Below, piece by piece: positions 1 to 8,749 of a stretch of 54,512 bases of DNA; the stretch's first letter is position 1; each line of letters opens with the position of its first letter. The notes below the pieces were generated by a model that worked only from the letters and a program-made list of their open reading frames with translations, made no database searches and was not told the DNA's origin. The translations under genes and the position numbers were made by a program. This DNA is from Candidatus Pacearchaeota archaeon (GTDB taxonomy: Archaea > Nanobdellota > Nanobdellia > Pacearchaeales > GW2011-AR1): positions 1 through 54,512 of the forward strand of contig JBDGRI010000036.1 of NCBI GenBank assembly GCA_042218235.1, in the 5' to 3' direction.

Positions 1-681
1 TGGAGCGACGGGAATAACACAATAAAAGAAATGGCGGACAAAGCAGAGGAATTAGACTATAAGTACTTGGCAATAACTGACCACGGAAGTCAAAATGGGG
101 GGATTTATAATGCACTAGATGAAAAAAGAATCAAAAAACAATGGAAAGAAATTGATAAGGTTAATAAAAAATCAAAAGTTAAATTGCTTAAAGGTTCTGA
201 AATCGACATCTTGAGAGACGGGAGTTTAAGCCTTCCAGACGAAATTTTGGAAAAATTAGATGTTGTTATAGCTTCTGTTCATTCGGGATTCAAAATGTCG
301 GAAAAAGAAATGACTGAAAGAATTCTTAAATCAATGGAAAACAAAAATGTAAATATTATAGGTCATCCAACCGGAAGAGTTCTTCGTAAAAGAGAAGGAT
401 ACAAAGTTGATTTGGACAGAATAATAGAAAAGGCTTCGGAAAAGGGAATAGCTTTAGAGGCTAACGCTTCGCCGAGAATTGACCTAAATGATACTAAGAT
501 AAAAAAGGCTAAAGAAAAAGGAGCAAAAATTTCTATTGGAACGGATTCTCATGATAAGGGAAACGCGGAATATTTAGATGTTGGAGTTGGTCAAGCCCGA
601 AGAGCATGGTGTGAAAACGGAGACATTCTGAACGCTTGGAATTTGACTAAATTAAGGAAGTTTTTGAAAAGAACTAATTAG
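1..681 (+). CDS. DNA polymerase X family protein, C-terminal PHP (polymerase/histidinol-phosphatase) domain; 5' end cut by window edge
   Basis: Frame 1 is open from base 1 (WSDGNNTIKEMA...). PHP metal-binding motifs are present: ITDHG, GSEIDIL, SVHSGF, IGHPTGR, LEANASP, GTDSHD. Confidence 0.8.
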   Translation, partial: WSDGNNTIKEMADKAEELDYKYLAITDHGSQNGGIYNALDEKRIKKQWKEIDKVNKKSKVKLLKGSEIDILRDGSLSLPDEILEKLDVVIASVHSGFKMSEKEMTERILKSMENKNVNIIGHPTGRVLRKREGYKVDLDRIIEKASEKGIALEANASPRIDLNDTKIKKAKEKGAKISIGTDSHDKGNAEYLDVGVGQARRAWCENGDILNAWNLTKLRKFLKRTN

Positions 682-1417
682 AAACAGAAATATCTGATTC
701 GCCTTTAATTTGTAAGCTTTCTGCCTTTCCTTTAAGATTTATTCCTTTTGAAGAGAGAGAAATGTCGCCAGTGAAAGATTCAATTATTGTTAGTTCTTTT
801 TGAGGATTGAATATGTTGTTTCCTACATTTATTTTTCCGGAGGTGTTTTGTTCAAAATTCCCTAGTGAAACATTTGTAGCGTTGATTGAATTTGTGGCCA
901 CACTTGAGGAAAATACATCGAAAGTTTCTCCTTGAGCAGACATGGTTATTCCTTTCAAATCAGCTTTTGAAGCTTCACCTTCAATTCTATAATGGGCTGT
1001 TTCGTTAGTGGTTGATAATTCGCCTCGATAATTTTCTAAAATGAGCTTATCGCCTTCAGAGAAATTGAAAGATTGGTCGCCTAAATTGAAGCTAGTAGGC
1101 GAAGAGAACAAAATTTCGAGCCTTGAGAACCTTTCATCTAAAGAGAATTTTGAAGGAACTGAAAGCTTGGCATTAATTGTTATTGGGCTTTCCAATTCGG
1201 AAACTTTAATAGCTCCGCCCGTTAGGGAAAATCCTCCCGTGATTGAAGAAAAAAAGTTTCCTGTTGTATCTGCTCCTCCAGAATCAGAACCTCCGGAAGA
1301 ACCTGCGAAGAACGAGATGTAAACCAAAAGACCGGCTATCAAAACAAAGAAAATCCGGAAGGCCCATTTCTTCCATGTTTCAATCTTGTAATGATCTTTA
1401 AGTTTTGTCTCGGCCAT
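674..1417 (-). CDS. hypothetical membrane-anchored protein (N-terminal TM helix, Gly/Ser linker, beta-rich exposed region)
   Basis: 247-aa ORF. TM helix WAFRIFFVLIAGLLVYISFFAG is followed by SSGGSDSGGAD, then a repetitive Ser/Asn/Gly-rich sequence. No recognisable catalytic motif. Confidence 0.6.
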   Translation of the reverse strand: MAETKLKDHYKIETWKKWAFRIFFVLIAGLLVYISFFAGSSGGSDSGGADTTGNFFSSITGGFSLTGGAIKVSELESPITINAKLSVPSKFSLDERFSRLEILFSSPTSFNLGDQSFNFSEGDKLILENYRGELSTTNETAHYRIEGEASKADLKGITMSAQGETFDVFSSSVATNSINATNVSLGNFEQNTSGKINVGNNIFNPQKELTIIESFTGDISLSSKGINLKGKAESLQIKGESDISVSN

Positions 1418-1420
1418 TTT

Positions 1421-1897
1421 CTAAATTTTCTTTGCTAGTTGTTTTTGTAAAATTCTTGCATATTTGTCGGGACTTGGAATTCCTTTAAGGATTATGTCCA
1501 TTGTTTCTCCCTCTGTATACCTGTGAGACTCAATGGTTCCATAATTTAATAATCTTTGCAAGAGATTTTGTTCTACTACAAAGTCGCTTATGGTTTTTAT
1601 ATGAACGCTTTTTGTGTTTTTAGCGACCATGCCAAAATGATGTTTTATGTATTCAGGAGTTATTTCGTAAATATTGAGCATCCTGTGGCCTTCTGCAAAG
1701 AAAATTACTACAATGGCAAAAATTATCGAAGCATATAAACCATAAGTTGCTAATTCTGTAGAAGTATTTGTATCGGCGTAAATTCCTAACGCTAATAGAG
1801 CAAGAGCCATTAAGTAGTAAGGAAGATAAATCATCCTCGAATTTCTTAAAGTAATCTTTTTCTTTTTTTCGGGAAAATCCTTTTCTATATCTTCCAT
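1421..1897 (-). CDS. membrane protein with bacterial PH-like (bPH_2 / YdbT-type) domain
   Basis: Two TM helices, then a segment (IYEITPEYIKHHFGMVAKNTKSVHIKTISDFVVEQNLLQRLLNYGTI) typical of the bPH_2 fold. Confidence 0.65.
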   Translation of the reverse strand: MEDIEKDFPEKKKKITLRNSRMIYLPYYLMALALLALGIYADTNTSTELATYGLYASIIFAIVVIFFAEGHRMLNIYEITPEYIKHHFGMVAKNTKSVHIKTISDFVVEQNLLQRLLNYGTIESHRYTEGETMDIILKGIPSPDKYARILQKQLAKKI

Positions 1898-1938
1898 GTT
1901 AGTTTAAAGAATAGTGTTCTTATAAAGATTTTCTAAAC

Positions 1939-2676
1939 TTAGAATTTTTCGATAACATTCAAAACTCTCCTGTATGGTGCAACCGTTACCGCTTCTGTTC
2001 CAAAGCTCAAATTGTCCATATCGTAAATGGCTATTATTATAAGAGTTATTACCGAGACCCCTGCTGCGGTTGTGAAAACAGAAAGCCATGAAGAAGGATC
2101 ATTGGCTAAAAACAATCCTAGGGAGGTAACTAGTGACAAAAACCCTAGCAAAATCCAGTGTTCCTTAGTGACTCGGTTAGCAGTCAAAACCATCTGGTTG
2201 GACTTGTTATTAGAAATAGTTATCAACTGGTCCATATACTTATCTATTATTGCATCCTCTTTTTCGGATACTTTTATTCGTTTAACTGTCGAGACAATTC
2301 CCAAAAGCTTCTTATCTGCTTCTCCTATTCTTCCTTTGACCTCCCCCCATTTGCTTCTCAGCATAAAATCGCAATAGTCTTTGACCTTCTTTTTAATGTC
2401 ATTCTTAAGCTTATTTTCCTTAAACGAGTTTGATAAAAATACTAAATTGATTAAGGCACTAGCCTCTTGGCTATTGTGAGCCCGGATATTAACGAATCTA
2501 TTCCAGGCATGAGTCATTGTAAATGCTGCTAAAACACCGTACACAAAACCGACAATTGTAAGAAAGGTCCCCATCTCCTCGAGTTTGAAAGGTCCTTCAA
2601 AAAGAATTGCTAGTGTGGCCACTCCTATAACAACGAGAACTTCTAATACATAGGGTTCATCTAACCATTTGAACAT
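1939..2676 (-). CDS. hypothetical integral membrane protein
   Basis: 245-aa ORF with 2 N-terminal and 2 C-terminal hydrophobic helices around a soluble helical middle. Third gene of a same-strand trio. Confidence 0.6.
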   Translation of the reverse strand: MFKWLDEPYVLEVLVVIGVATLAILFEGPFKLEEMGTFLTIVGFVYGVLAAFTMTHAWNRFVNIRAHNSQEASALINLVFLSNSFKENKLKNDIKKKVKDYCDFMLRSKWGEVKGRIGEADKKLLGIVSTVKRIKVSEKEDAIIDKYMDQLITISNNKSNQMVLTANRVTKEHWILLGFLSLVTSLGLFLANDPSSWLSVFTTAAGVSVITLIIIAIYDMDNLSFGTEAVTVAPYRRVLNVIEKF

Positions 2677-2764
2677 CCTGGCCGGTAGAAAGACGGGGTT
2701 TTAAATTTTTTAGAATAAACAAGTTTTTTAAGTGGCGATTTACCTATTTTAGAGAGGTAATAAT

Positions 2765-2956
2765 ATGAAAGAAAATAATCTTGAGCTTGGAAAGATTTCA
2801 AAGAAATTTCAACCTAAGCTCCTTTTCCAATTAAATGGAGGAACAAAAAATGGCGGAAAATAACCTCAGGCCTAGAAATATCCTTTCAGGATTTCAACCT
2901 AAGCTCCTTTTCCAATTAAATGGAGGAACAAAAAATGGCGGAAAATAACCTCAGGC
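2765..2956 (+). repeat. 85-bp tandem repeat, ~2.3 units (2765-2849, 2850-2934, partial 2935-2956), containing the RBS and start of aIF5B
   Basis: 66 bp are identical between 2806-2871 and 2891-2956, offset 85 bp. The first 41 bp of units 1 and 2 have diverged. Each unit carries GGAGG plus ATG, giving two 32-codon uORFs (2765-2863 and 2850-2948). Confidence 0.9.
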
Positions 2957-4704
2957 AACCAATAGTAACATTGTGTGGGCATGTGGACCATGGAAAGACT
3001 TCGGTTTTAGATTGTCTTAGAGAGAGTGCTATCCAAGATTCTGAAAGTGGAGGAATAACTCAAAAGATATCCTTTACTTCTTATACTGCAGACCAGCTGA
3101 AGAGAGCTTGTCCTTTAATAGAAAAGCAAAGCATCAACCTAGACATCCCCGGTTTTTTATTGATTGACACTCCTGGGCATGCGGCATTTACAAATTTAAG
3201 GAAAAGAGGAGGAAGTTTGGCTGACTTGGCAGTTTTAGTTGTTGATATAAACGACGGAATAAAGCCTCAAACGGCGGAGGTTTTGAAAATTTTGAAGCAT
3301 AATAAAGTTCCTTTTGTTATTGCTTTAAACAAAATAGACAACATTTCAGGATGGAGATCTCCGGATTCTAACGACACTCCTTTGAAAAAGAGTATAGATT
3401 CTCAAAAGACACCTGTTAAAAACGATTTTGACCAAAAATACATGACCCTGATAAGTTCTTTACAATCTTACGGTTTGGATGCGGATTTGTATTACAACAT
3501 TTCGGATTTCTCGAAAAAGGTTGCATTGGTTCCTACTTCAGCCGAAACAAAACAAGGAATTCCGGAATTAATAATGATGCTTTGTGGGTTAAGTCAAAGA
3601 TATCTTGAAAACAAACTTGAGTTAGGCGATAAGGCTAAAGGGGTCGTTTTAGAAACTAAAAAAGAAAAATCGATTCCTTATGTAGAGGCGATTCTTTACG
3701 ATGGTGAGTTAAAAAACTCTGACAGTATCGCTCTTTCAAACTTGGAAGGGGATCCGTTTATTTCGAGAATCAGGGTCTTAGAAGAAATTAGGCCCTTGTC
3801 CACAAAGTTCGATACTTCGGAAAAAGTCAGAGCGGCTACTGGAATGAGGATGCAATTGATCGAAAAAAGCGATGTTTTGCCGGGGATGCCTTTTGAAGTT
3901 TACGAAAATAACAAAGAAGAAATAGAAAAGAAGTTCAAGGAGGAGATTAGCGAAAACATAAACTCTTATCTGTCAAAACAAGGAGTTATTGCCAAGGCGG
4001 ATTCCTTAGGGAGTTTGGAAGCGTTGCTTTATTTGTTGAAGGAAAACGACATTCCTGTAGTTAAAGCAGACATCGGAGACATCAACAAAACAGACATAAT
4101 TTCTGCAAAGGCCAACGTAGAGATAAATGAAGTTGATGCTGCAGTTGTAGGTTTCAATGTTTCTGTTTCGGAAGATGCTAAATCCTTGGCTAAAGAACAG
4201 GGAGACGGAATAAAGATAATCACTGACGATGTTGTTTATAAGCTTATAGAAAATACTTCTGAATTTAGACAGGAAAAAGCAAAAGAAATTCAAAAAAGGC
4301 GTCTTATGGAGCTTTCGACAATTGGAAAAGCAAAAGTTCTTCACAAATTTGTTTTCAGGAATACAAATCCGGCCATCTTCGGCGTGAGTGTTGAAGGCGG
4401 AAAAATCCAGAAAGGCCTGCAATTAATAAGCGAAAGAGGCGAAAAAATCGGTAAAATTAAAGGAATTCAATCTCAGAATGAGGCCGTAAATCAGGCTTCA
4501 ACCGGCATGGATGTAGCAATCTCTATACCGAATATTAACTTTGAAAGGTTTATGAAAGACAAAGAATATGTCTATACAGACATTTCAGAATCGCAGTTCA
4601 GGAAATTCAAGGAACATAAAGATTTGCTTTCTCAAGAAGAGATCAAAATTTTACAAGAAATAGCTGAAGTTAAGAGAATCGATAATCCTGATTGGGGGCA
4701 ATAG
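2935..4704 (+). CDS. infB: translation initiation factor aIF5B (IF-2 family GTPase)
   Basis: GHVDHGKTS (G1), DTPGH (G3), NKID (G4), ~590 aa. ATG 2935 has GGAGG 7 nt upstream. An in-frame ATG at 2920 is the alternative start. Confidence 0.93.
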   Translation: MAENNLRQPIVTLCGHVDHGKTSVLDCLRESAIQDSESGGITQKISFTSYTADQLKRACPLIEKQSINLDIPGFLLIDTPGHAAFTNLRKRGGSLADLAVLVVDINDGIKPQTAEVLKILKHNKVPFVIALNKIDNISGWRSPDSNDTPLKKSIDSQKTPVKNDFDQKYMTLISSLQSYGLDADLYYNISDFSKKVALVPTSAETKQGIPELIMMLCGLSQRYLENKLELGDKAKGVVLETKKEKSIPYVEAILYDGELKNSDSIALSNLEGDPFISRIRVLEEIRPLSTKFDTSEKVRAATGMRMQLIEKSDVLPGMPFEVYENNKEEIEKKFKEEISENINSYLSKQGVIAKADSLGSLEALLYLLKENDIPVVKADIGDINKTDIISAKANVEINEVDAAVVGFNVSVSEDAKSLAKEQGDGIKIITDDVVYKLIENTSEFRQEKAKEIQKRRLMELSTIGKAKVLHKFVFRNTNPAIFGVSVEGGKIQKGLQLISERGEKIGKIKGIQSQNEAVNQASTGMDVAISIPNINFERFMKDKEYVYTDISESQFRKFKEHKDLLSQEEIKILQEIAEVKRIDNPDWGQ

Positions 4705-4740
4705 AGTTAAGTTTAAATAATCATTTTACTGTTCTTACTT

Positions 4741-4938
4741 ATGGCAGGAACAGCATCTGCAATTTTATGGACTATAGGAGCATTGGCTTTACTTGAAAGT
4801 ATAGTGGTTTTGGCATTCCCAAATTGGTCTTCTAGAAAAATAAGAAAAATTGCAAGTAGCAAGAAAAAGATTCGTAAAGCCGGAATTTTTGAGCTAATTG
4901 CTGCCCTAATTCTTATCGGAATTGCTTTCTTGATATGA
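4741..4938 (+). CDS. small two-TM membrane protein (hypothetical)
   Basis: 65-aa ORF: two hydrophobic helices separated by the basic loop SSRKIRKIASSKKKIRK. Its 3' end overlaps the convergent ORF 4906-5382 by 33 nt. Confidence 0.45.
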   Translation: MAGTASAILWTIGALALLESIVVLAFPNWSSRKIRKIASSKKKIRKAGIFELIAALILIGIAFLI

Positions 4939-5382
4939 TTTCTTTGGAGGATCCCAGAAAAGTTTTCTTTCTGATTTTGAAGAAGGCCCATAGATGAAAG
5001 ACAGTCTAGCCCTTTCACCATTCCCGTCAGAGATTTTGAATAAGTGGCTTTTTTCCGGAGTTCCTGTGTAAGGGCAATCGTAAATCTCGTGTTTAATTTG
5101 GGCCTTTCTAAAGCGGGAATCAGATTCCGAAAAACTTAGACTGATATATTTGGCAACAAGCTCCAAGCTTTTTCCTGATCCATGTTGGTTGTCTTTATAG
5201 CTAGTCGGCCTTTCCGGGCATTTTATAGTAAAATCCACTCCATCGATCAAGAAATCCGGTTTAGATCCGAAATTCCTTAAAGCCCTTACTAGTTCGGAAA
5301 CTCCGGCATAATACTTCTCTTCTTCCAGATTTTCCCAATAATGCCATGAGTTCGGAATTCTTTCCGGTTTGGAGGATTCCAT
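4906..5382 (-). CDS. hypothetical protein
   Basis: 158-aa ORF with coding-like composition and no recognisable motif. Diverges from rps6e. Confidence 0.5.
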   Translation of the reverse strand: MESSKPERIPNSWHYWENLEEEKYYAGVSELVRALRNFGSKPDFLIDGVDFTIKCPERPTSYKDNQHGSGKSLELVAKYISLSFSESDSRFRKAQIKHEIYDCPYTGTPEKSHLFKISDGNGERARLSFIYGPSSKSERKLFWDPPKKSYQESNSDKN

Positions 5383-5465
5383 CTCAAATTATTGATATTC
5401 TACCTTATAATCTTTTCTTCATTGCTATGAGAAGATTTAAAAAGAACCTTCTCAAACAAATAGCC

Positions 5466-5924
5466 ATGGCTTTCAAAATTAATATCGGGACAAGTGAAGG
5501 AAAAACTTACAATTTTAGTACTGAAAGTAATGCCCTAGAGGGTAAAGAATTGAAGCAAACAGTGAAAGGCGAAGAAATAGATTCAAGCCTTCAGGGTTAC
5601 GAGTTCCAAATTGCAGGAGCTAGTGATGCTTCAGGTTTCCCGGCCCATGAAAATGTTGAAGGCATGGGATTGAAGAAAGTTCTTATGGGATACGGCAAAG
5701 GAATGAGAAGAAGGCCAAAATATGAAGAGAACAAGAAAAGGTCTGATTATACTCCTAAAGGCTTAAGACTAAGGAAAACTGTTAGAGGGAGGATAATTTC
5801 GTCTGCAATTTCTCAAGTCGATTTGAAAGTTACAAAACAAGGCGACAAAACATTGAAAGAAATCTTCGAGCAGCCAGCTGAAGGCTCCGGTGAAGGCCAA
5901 GAACAAGAGGCGGCTACGCAATAA
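5466..5924 (+). CDS. rps6e: 30S ribosomal protein S6e
   Basis: MAFKINIG...GYEFQIAGASDASGFP...GLRLRKTVRG is typical S6e. The upstream extension to 5346 overlaps the divergent gene and is not S6e-like. Confidence 0.9.
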   Translation: MAFKINIGTSEGKTYNFSTESNALEGKELKQTVKGEEIDSSLQGYEFQIAGASDASGFPAHENVEGMGLKKVLMGYGKGMRRRPKYEENKKRSDYTPKGLRLRKTVRGRIISSAISQVDLKVTKQGDKTLKEIFEQPAEGSGEGQEQEAATQ

Positions 5925-5936
5925 TTCTGGAGCAAT

Positions 5937-6242
5937 ATGGAAAAATCGGGCAAATCAGGGGATTATCGTGTAGGTATATCAGGGGATGGACTACTTAAAG
6001 AGAGTTTAGAATTTAAACTCGAAGTTTATAGGGACATACAAAGTCTTAATACAAAAGAATCAATAATTGACTATAAAGCAGATAAATCTTATTTTAGTGA
6101 AACATTAAGAAAGAACGCAATTTATTGTGATCGGATAGAGCTTGTAGACAGGATAAAATCTAATTGGTACGATGTTTCTCCTCGGTATAAAACCGATCAA
6201 CAAATAAGGAACGAAAATTTAGGTGGTGAACTGAGAGATTAA
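5937..6242 (+). CDS. hypothetical protein
   Basis: 101-aa ORF starting 12 nt after rps6e. No recognisable motif. Confidence 0.5.
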   Translation: MEKSGKSGDYRVGISGDGLLKESLEFKLEVYRDIQSLNTKESIIDYKADKSYFSETLRKNAIYCDRIELVDRIKSNWYDVSPRYKTDQQIRNENLGGELRD

Positions 6243-7324
6243 TCTTCTTTGAAAGCCAAATCGAAATTATTTTCGTTTTTCATCAAACATTTTCGCAAGT
6301 CGGAGTCTTTCACTTTTTGGAGACCGTCTTGGAAAACAGTTACATCTGCTACAAGTCTTTCGAATAGCATTTTTTTGACATCTCCAGTCGAATATTCTCC
6401 CTGGCGGTATTTTTCAAACAAGTCCTTGCTTTCCTCTTCGCTTAAAAAGAATTTAGCTAAATATTGGCAAGGAATGTCTATCTCGGGATTTCCACCCTTT
6501 TCTTTATGTTCTTCTATTGTGTCTTGCCCTCCGGAAAAAGCCTTGTTTACTTTTTTCTTTATTGTTTTTTCGTCGTCCTTCAAGAAAATCGGATTATTTT
6601 TTGAAGCGGACATTTTTTCTCCATCCACTCCTGGAATGTAAGATAAATGGACTATTGAGGGTTTAGAGAATCCAGCTCTTGAGGCAATATCTCTACAAAT
6701 TCTAATGTGAGAATCCTCATCTGGTCCGATCGGAACTAAAATGTTTTTTATCCCGAACTTTTCTTGAGGTATTAAAATGTGGGCAGATTGGACGGCAGGG
6801 AAGAAGTGTAGGCCGATGTTTTCTTCAGCTTCATAACCGTAAGTAGCTTTTATTTCTGAATAATTTACTTTCTTTGAAAGTTTGAAGGCTAAGTTGTAGA
6901 CATTTGTATAAATTTGGTCGATAATAATGTATGTCTTTTTTGACTTGAATCCGTAAGCAATAAGCTCCTTGGCTAATTCCATAGCGTTCTTTAAGGCTTC
7001 TTCTTGATTTTTGACCTTATCTGCAACATAAGACTCGTCGTCGGAGAGAGGTATGAAAACCGGAACATCGTAGTTTTCTTGAAAATAAAGATTTGTATCG
7101 AAAACGACTTTGTGTCCCAAATGTAATGTAGCAGAAGGATTTAAACCTGAAACGATTGCACATTTTTCCCCTTTGTCTAAAGCTTTTTTGAATTTGTCAA
7201 AATCTCTGTGAGAATAAATCAGACCTTTTTGGAAAGTATAAAAATCCGGCAGATCTTTCAGGGAAGAAAGCTTTTTTGCCCCGAAACTCTCAACCAATTT
7301 TTTGTTGTCTTTACTTAACTCCAT
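6239..7324 (-). CDS. trpS: tryptophanyl-tRNA synthetase (archaeal/eukaryotic type)
   Basis: HLGH signature and KMSAS loop. The KMSASKNNPIFLKDD...AFSGGQDTIEEHKEKGGNPEIDI block closely matches eukaryote-type TrpRS. Confidence 0.92.
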   Translation of the reverse strand: MELSKDNKKLVESFGAKKLSSLKDLPDFYTFQKGLIYSHRDFDKFKKALDKGEKCAIVSGLNPSATLHLGHKVVFDTNLYFQENYDVPVFIPLSDDESYVADKVKNQEEALKNAMELAKELIAYGFKSKKTYIIIDQIYTNVYNLAFKLSKKVNYSEIKATYGYEAEENIGLHFFPAVQSAHILIPQEKFGIKNILVPIGPDEDSHIRICRDIASRAGFSKPSIVHLSYIPGVDGEKMSASKNNPIFLKDDEKTIKKKVNKAFSGGQDTIEEHKEKGGNPEIDIPCQYLAKFFLSEEESKDLFEKYRQGEYSTGDVKKMLFERLVADVTVFQDGLQKVKDSDLRKCLMKNENNFDLAFKED

Positions 7325-8109
7325 TTAAAAATTAATTCTGGAAAGTTTATAAAACTTATCTGGCAGAATAAAAAAGATGTCCGTTTTCTTTTGAACCTAA
7401 ATTCCTCTCCACTTCCTTGATGTTTGGTATCTTCATGTATAGGTCTTTTTTCGCTATTTTTCTCTTGGGGGGAAAGAACTTTATCAATCTCTTCCATTTC
7501 TTTCTCGTCTGGAATTTCATAACCAAGAAACTCAAAAATTTCCTTTACTTTACGCAACCTCTTCGACCTTTTGGCTTCGTGTATTTCTTCGTAACTCACT
7601 TCCATGTAAGGAACATTAAGCCTTTCTAAAAGATCCGCCCTCTCCTGCATGGACTCTTTGGTGAATCTTATGAAATTTCTTAGATTGTCTATATTTAGAT
7701 GGCCTATATTCTTGGATTTAGCTTTTGATCTGTCTTTTACATGCCAGGCCCGGGTTTGTTTCGCGATCTCTAGAGAAACTGCCGACTTTAGTTTATTTTT
7801 CCTGTAAAGAACTATGACTTTCATCCCTCTTCTCGAAAAAAGATTTTTTCCGTATTTCTTAGGTATCTGGTATACAAGTGTCTTAAATCCATTATGTTTT
7901 TTGAATATCTTCTGGAGGATTTTGTTTAGACTTTTGGAATCTTTTAATTCTTTCTTGTAATTTTTAAGACCTTTCTTCCAATTAGGCCTCGACTCGTTAA
8001 AGGGCTCTCTTAATAGGTCGATCTTAGGGTGTTTGTTCAGTGCGTCCATCAAAGAATTGCTTCCGCTTCTTGCATGTGCAAGAACAATTATCTTTTGTTT
8101 AGGATTCAT
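7315..8109 (-). CDS. sulfotransferase family protein
   Basis: N-terminal IIVLAHARSGSNSL resembles the PAPS 5'-phosphosulfate-binding loop. ~260 aa. Its 3' end overlaps the trpS start by 10 nt. Confidence 0.7.
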   Translation of the reverse strand: MNPKQKIIVLAHARSGSNSLMDALNKHPKIDLLREPFNESRPNWKKGLKNYKKELKDSKSLNKILQKIFKKHNGFKTLVYQIPKKYGKNLFSRRGMKVIVLYRKNKLKSAVSLEIAKQTRAWHVKDRSKAKSKNIGHLNIDNLRNFIRFTKESMQERADLLERLNVPYMEVSYEEIHEAKRSKRLRKVKEIFEFLGYEIPDEKEMEEIDKVLSPQEKNSEKRPIHEDTKHQGSGEEFRFKRKRTSFLFCQISFINFPELIFKWS

Positions 8110-8256
8110 ACTACATGAGAAATTTTATTACTTATAAAACTTATTTAGAAATAACGCTCAAGGTTCATTCAAATGCTTGCTTGGTATTTAAATTTTTACC
8201 CTAATTCTCGACGGGCAAAGAATTTATAAAGAAAAAAGCACAATTTCACTGGCAAT

Positions 8257-8707
8257 ATGGAAGACGAAGAAGTCTCCGATCGCAAAAAAGGTGGCTGGGT
8301 AGTAAGCTTGGCAGCAATTGTCTTAATAGGAGCCGTTCTTTTATTTGTTGTTGGTTCATCAGGAAGCTTTACAGGTACTTCCATCTATAGCAATGAAAAA
8401 CTACATGAAAAAGACCCGCAAGGAGTGGGTGAAGCAAAAAAATTTTACTCTTCTTACAACAGACTCAGGCATTGAACCTTCAAAAATTGAAGCCAAGGAT
8501 AATGAGACAGTCATCTTAGAGGTAAGTGCTTCGGGAGAGGACCAAGGAATAGAAATTCCTGCTTACGGAATCGAAGAAAAATCGATACAAGGCAAGATGA
8601 AAGAAATTAAGTTCAAGGCAGACAAAGTTGGCGAGTTTAAAATGGGTTGCGGTAGGTATTGCGGAAATTCTATTGAAGAAATGAACGGAAAGCTAATAGT
8701 CGAATAG
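8257..8707 (+). pseudogene. membrane-anchored cupredoxin-like protein, split by a +1 frame change at an A7 run
   Basis: Frame-1 ORF 8257-8475 encodes the TM anchor WVVSLAAIVLIGAVLLFVVG. Frame-2 ORF 8345-8707 encodes the cupredoxin-like body (NFTLLTTDSGIEPSKIEAKDNETVILEV...MGCGRYCG). Both frames are open across AAAAAAA at 8436-8442. Confidence 0.6.
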
Positions 8708-8749
8708 TATTACCCCTAAATTTAAGTAGAGTTTTGTTTTTCTTTTTCT

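Noticed and set aside
2765-2956. CRISPR-like or minisatellite interpretation of the 85-bp repeat
   Set aside because: There are only ~2.3 copies, no spacer-repeat alternation and no cas genes. The repeat contains an RBS, an ATG and coding sequence, so it is a tandem duplication of a gene start.
5346-5465. N-terminal 40-aa extension of S6e given in the ORF track
   Set aside because: The extension (MSSEFFPVWRIPSQ...) is not S6e-like and overlaps the divergent gene 4906-5382. The conserved S6e N-terminus MAFKINIG starts at ATG 5466.
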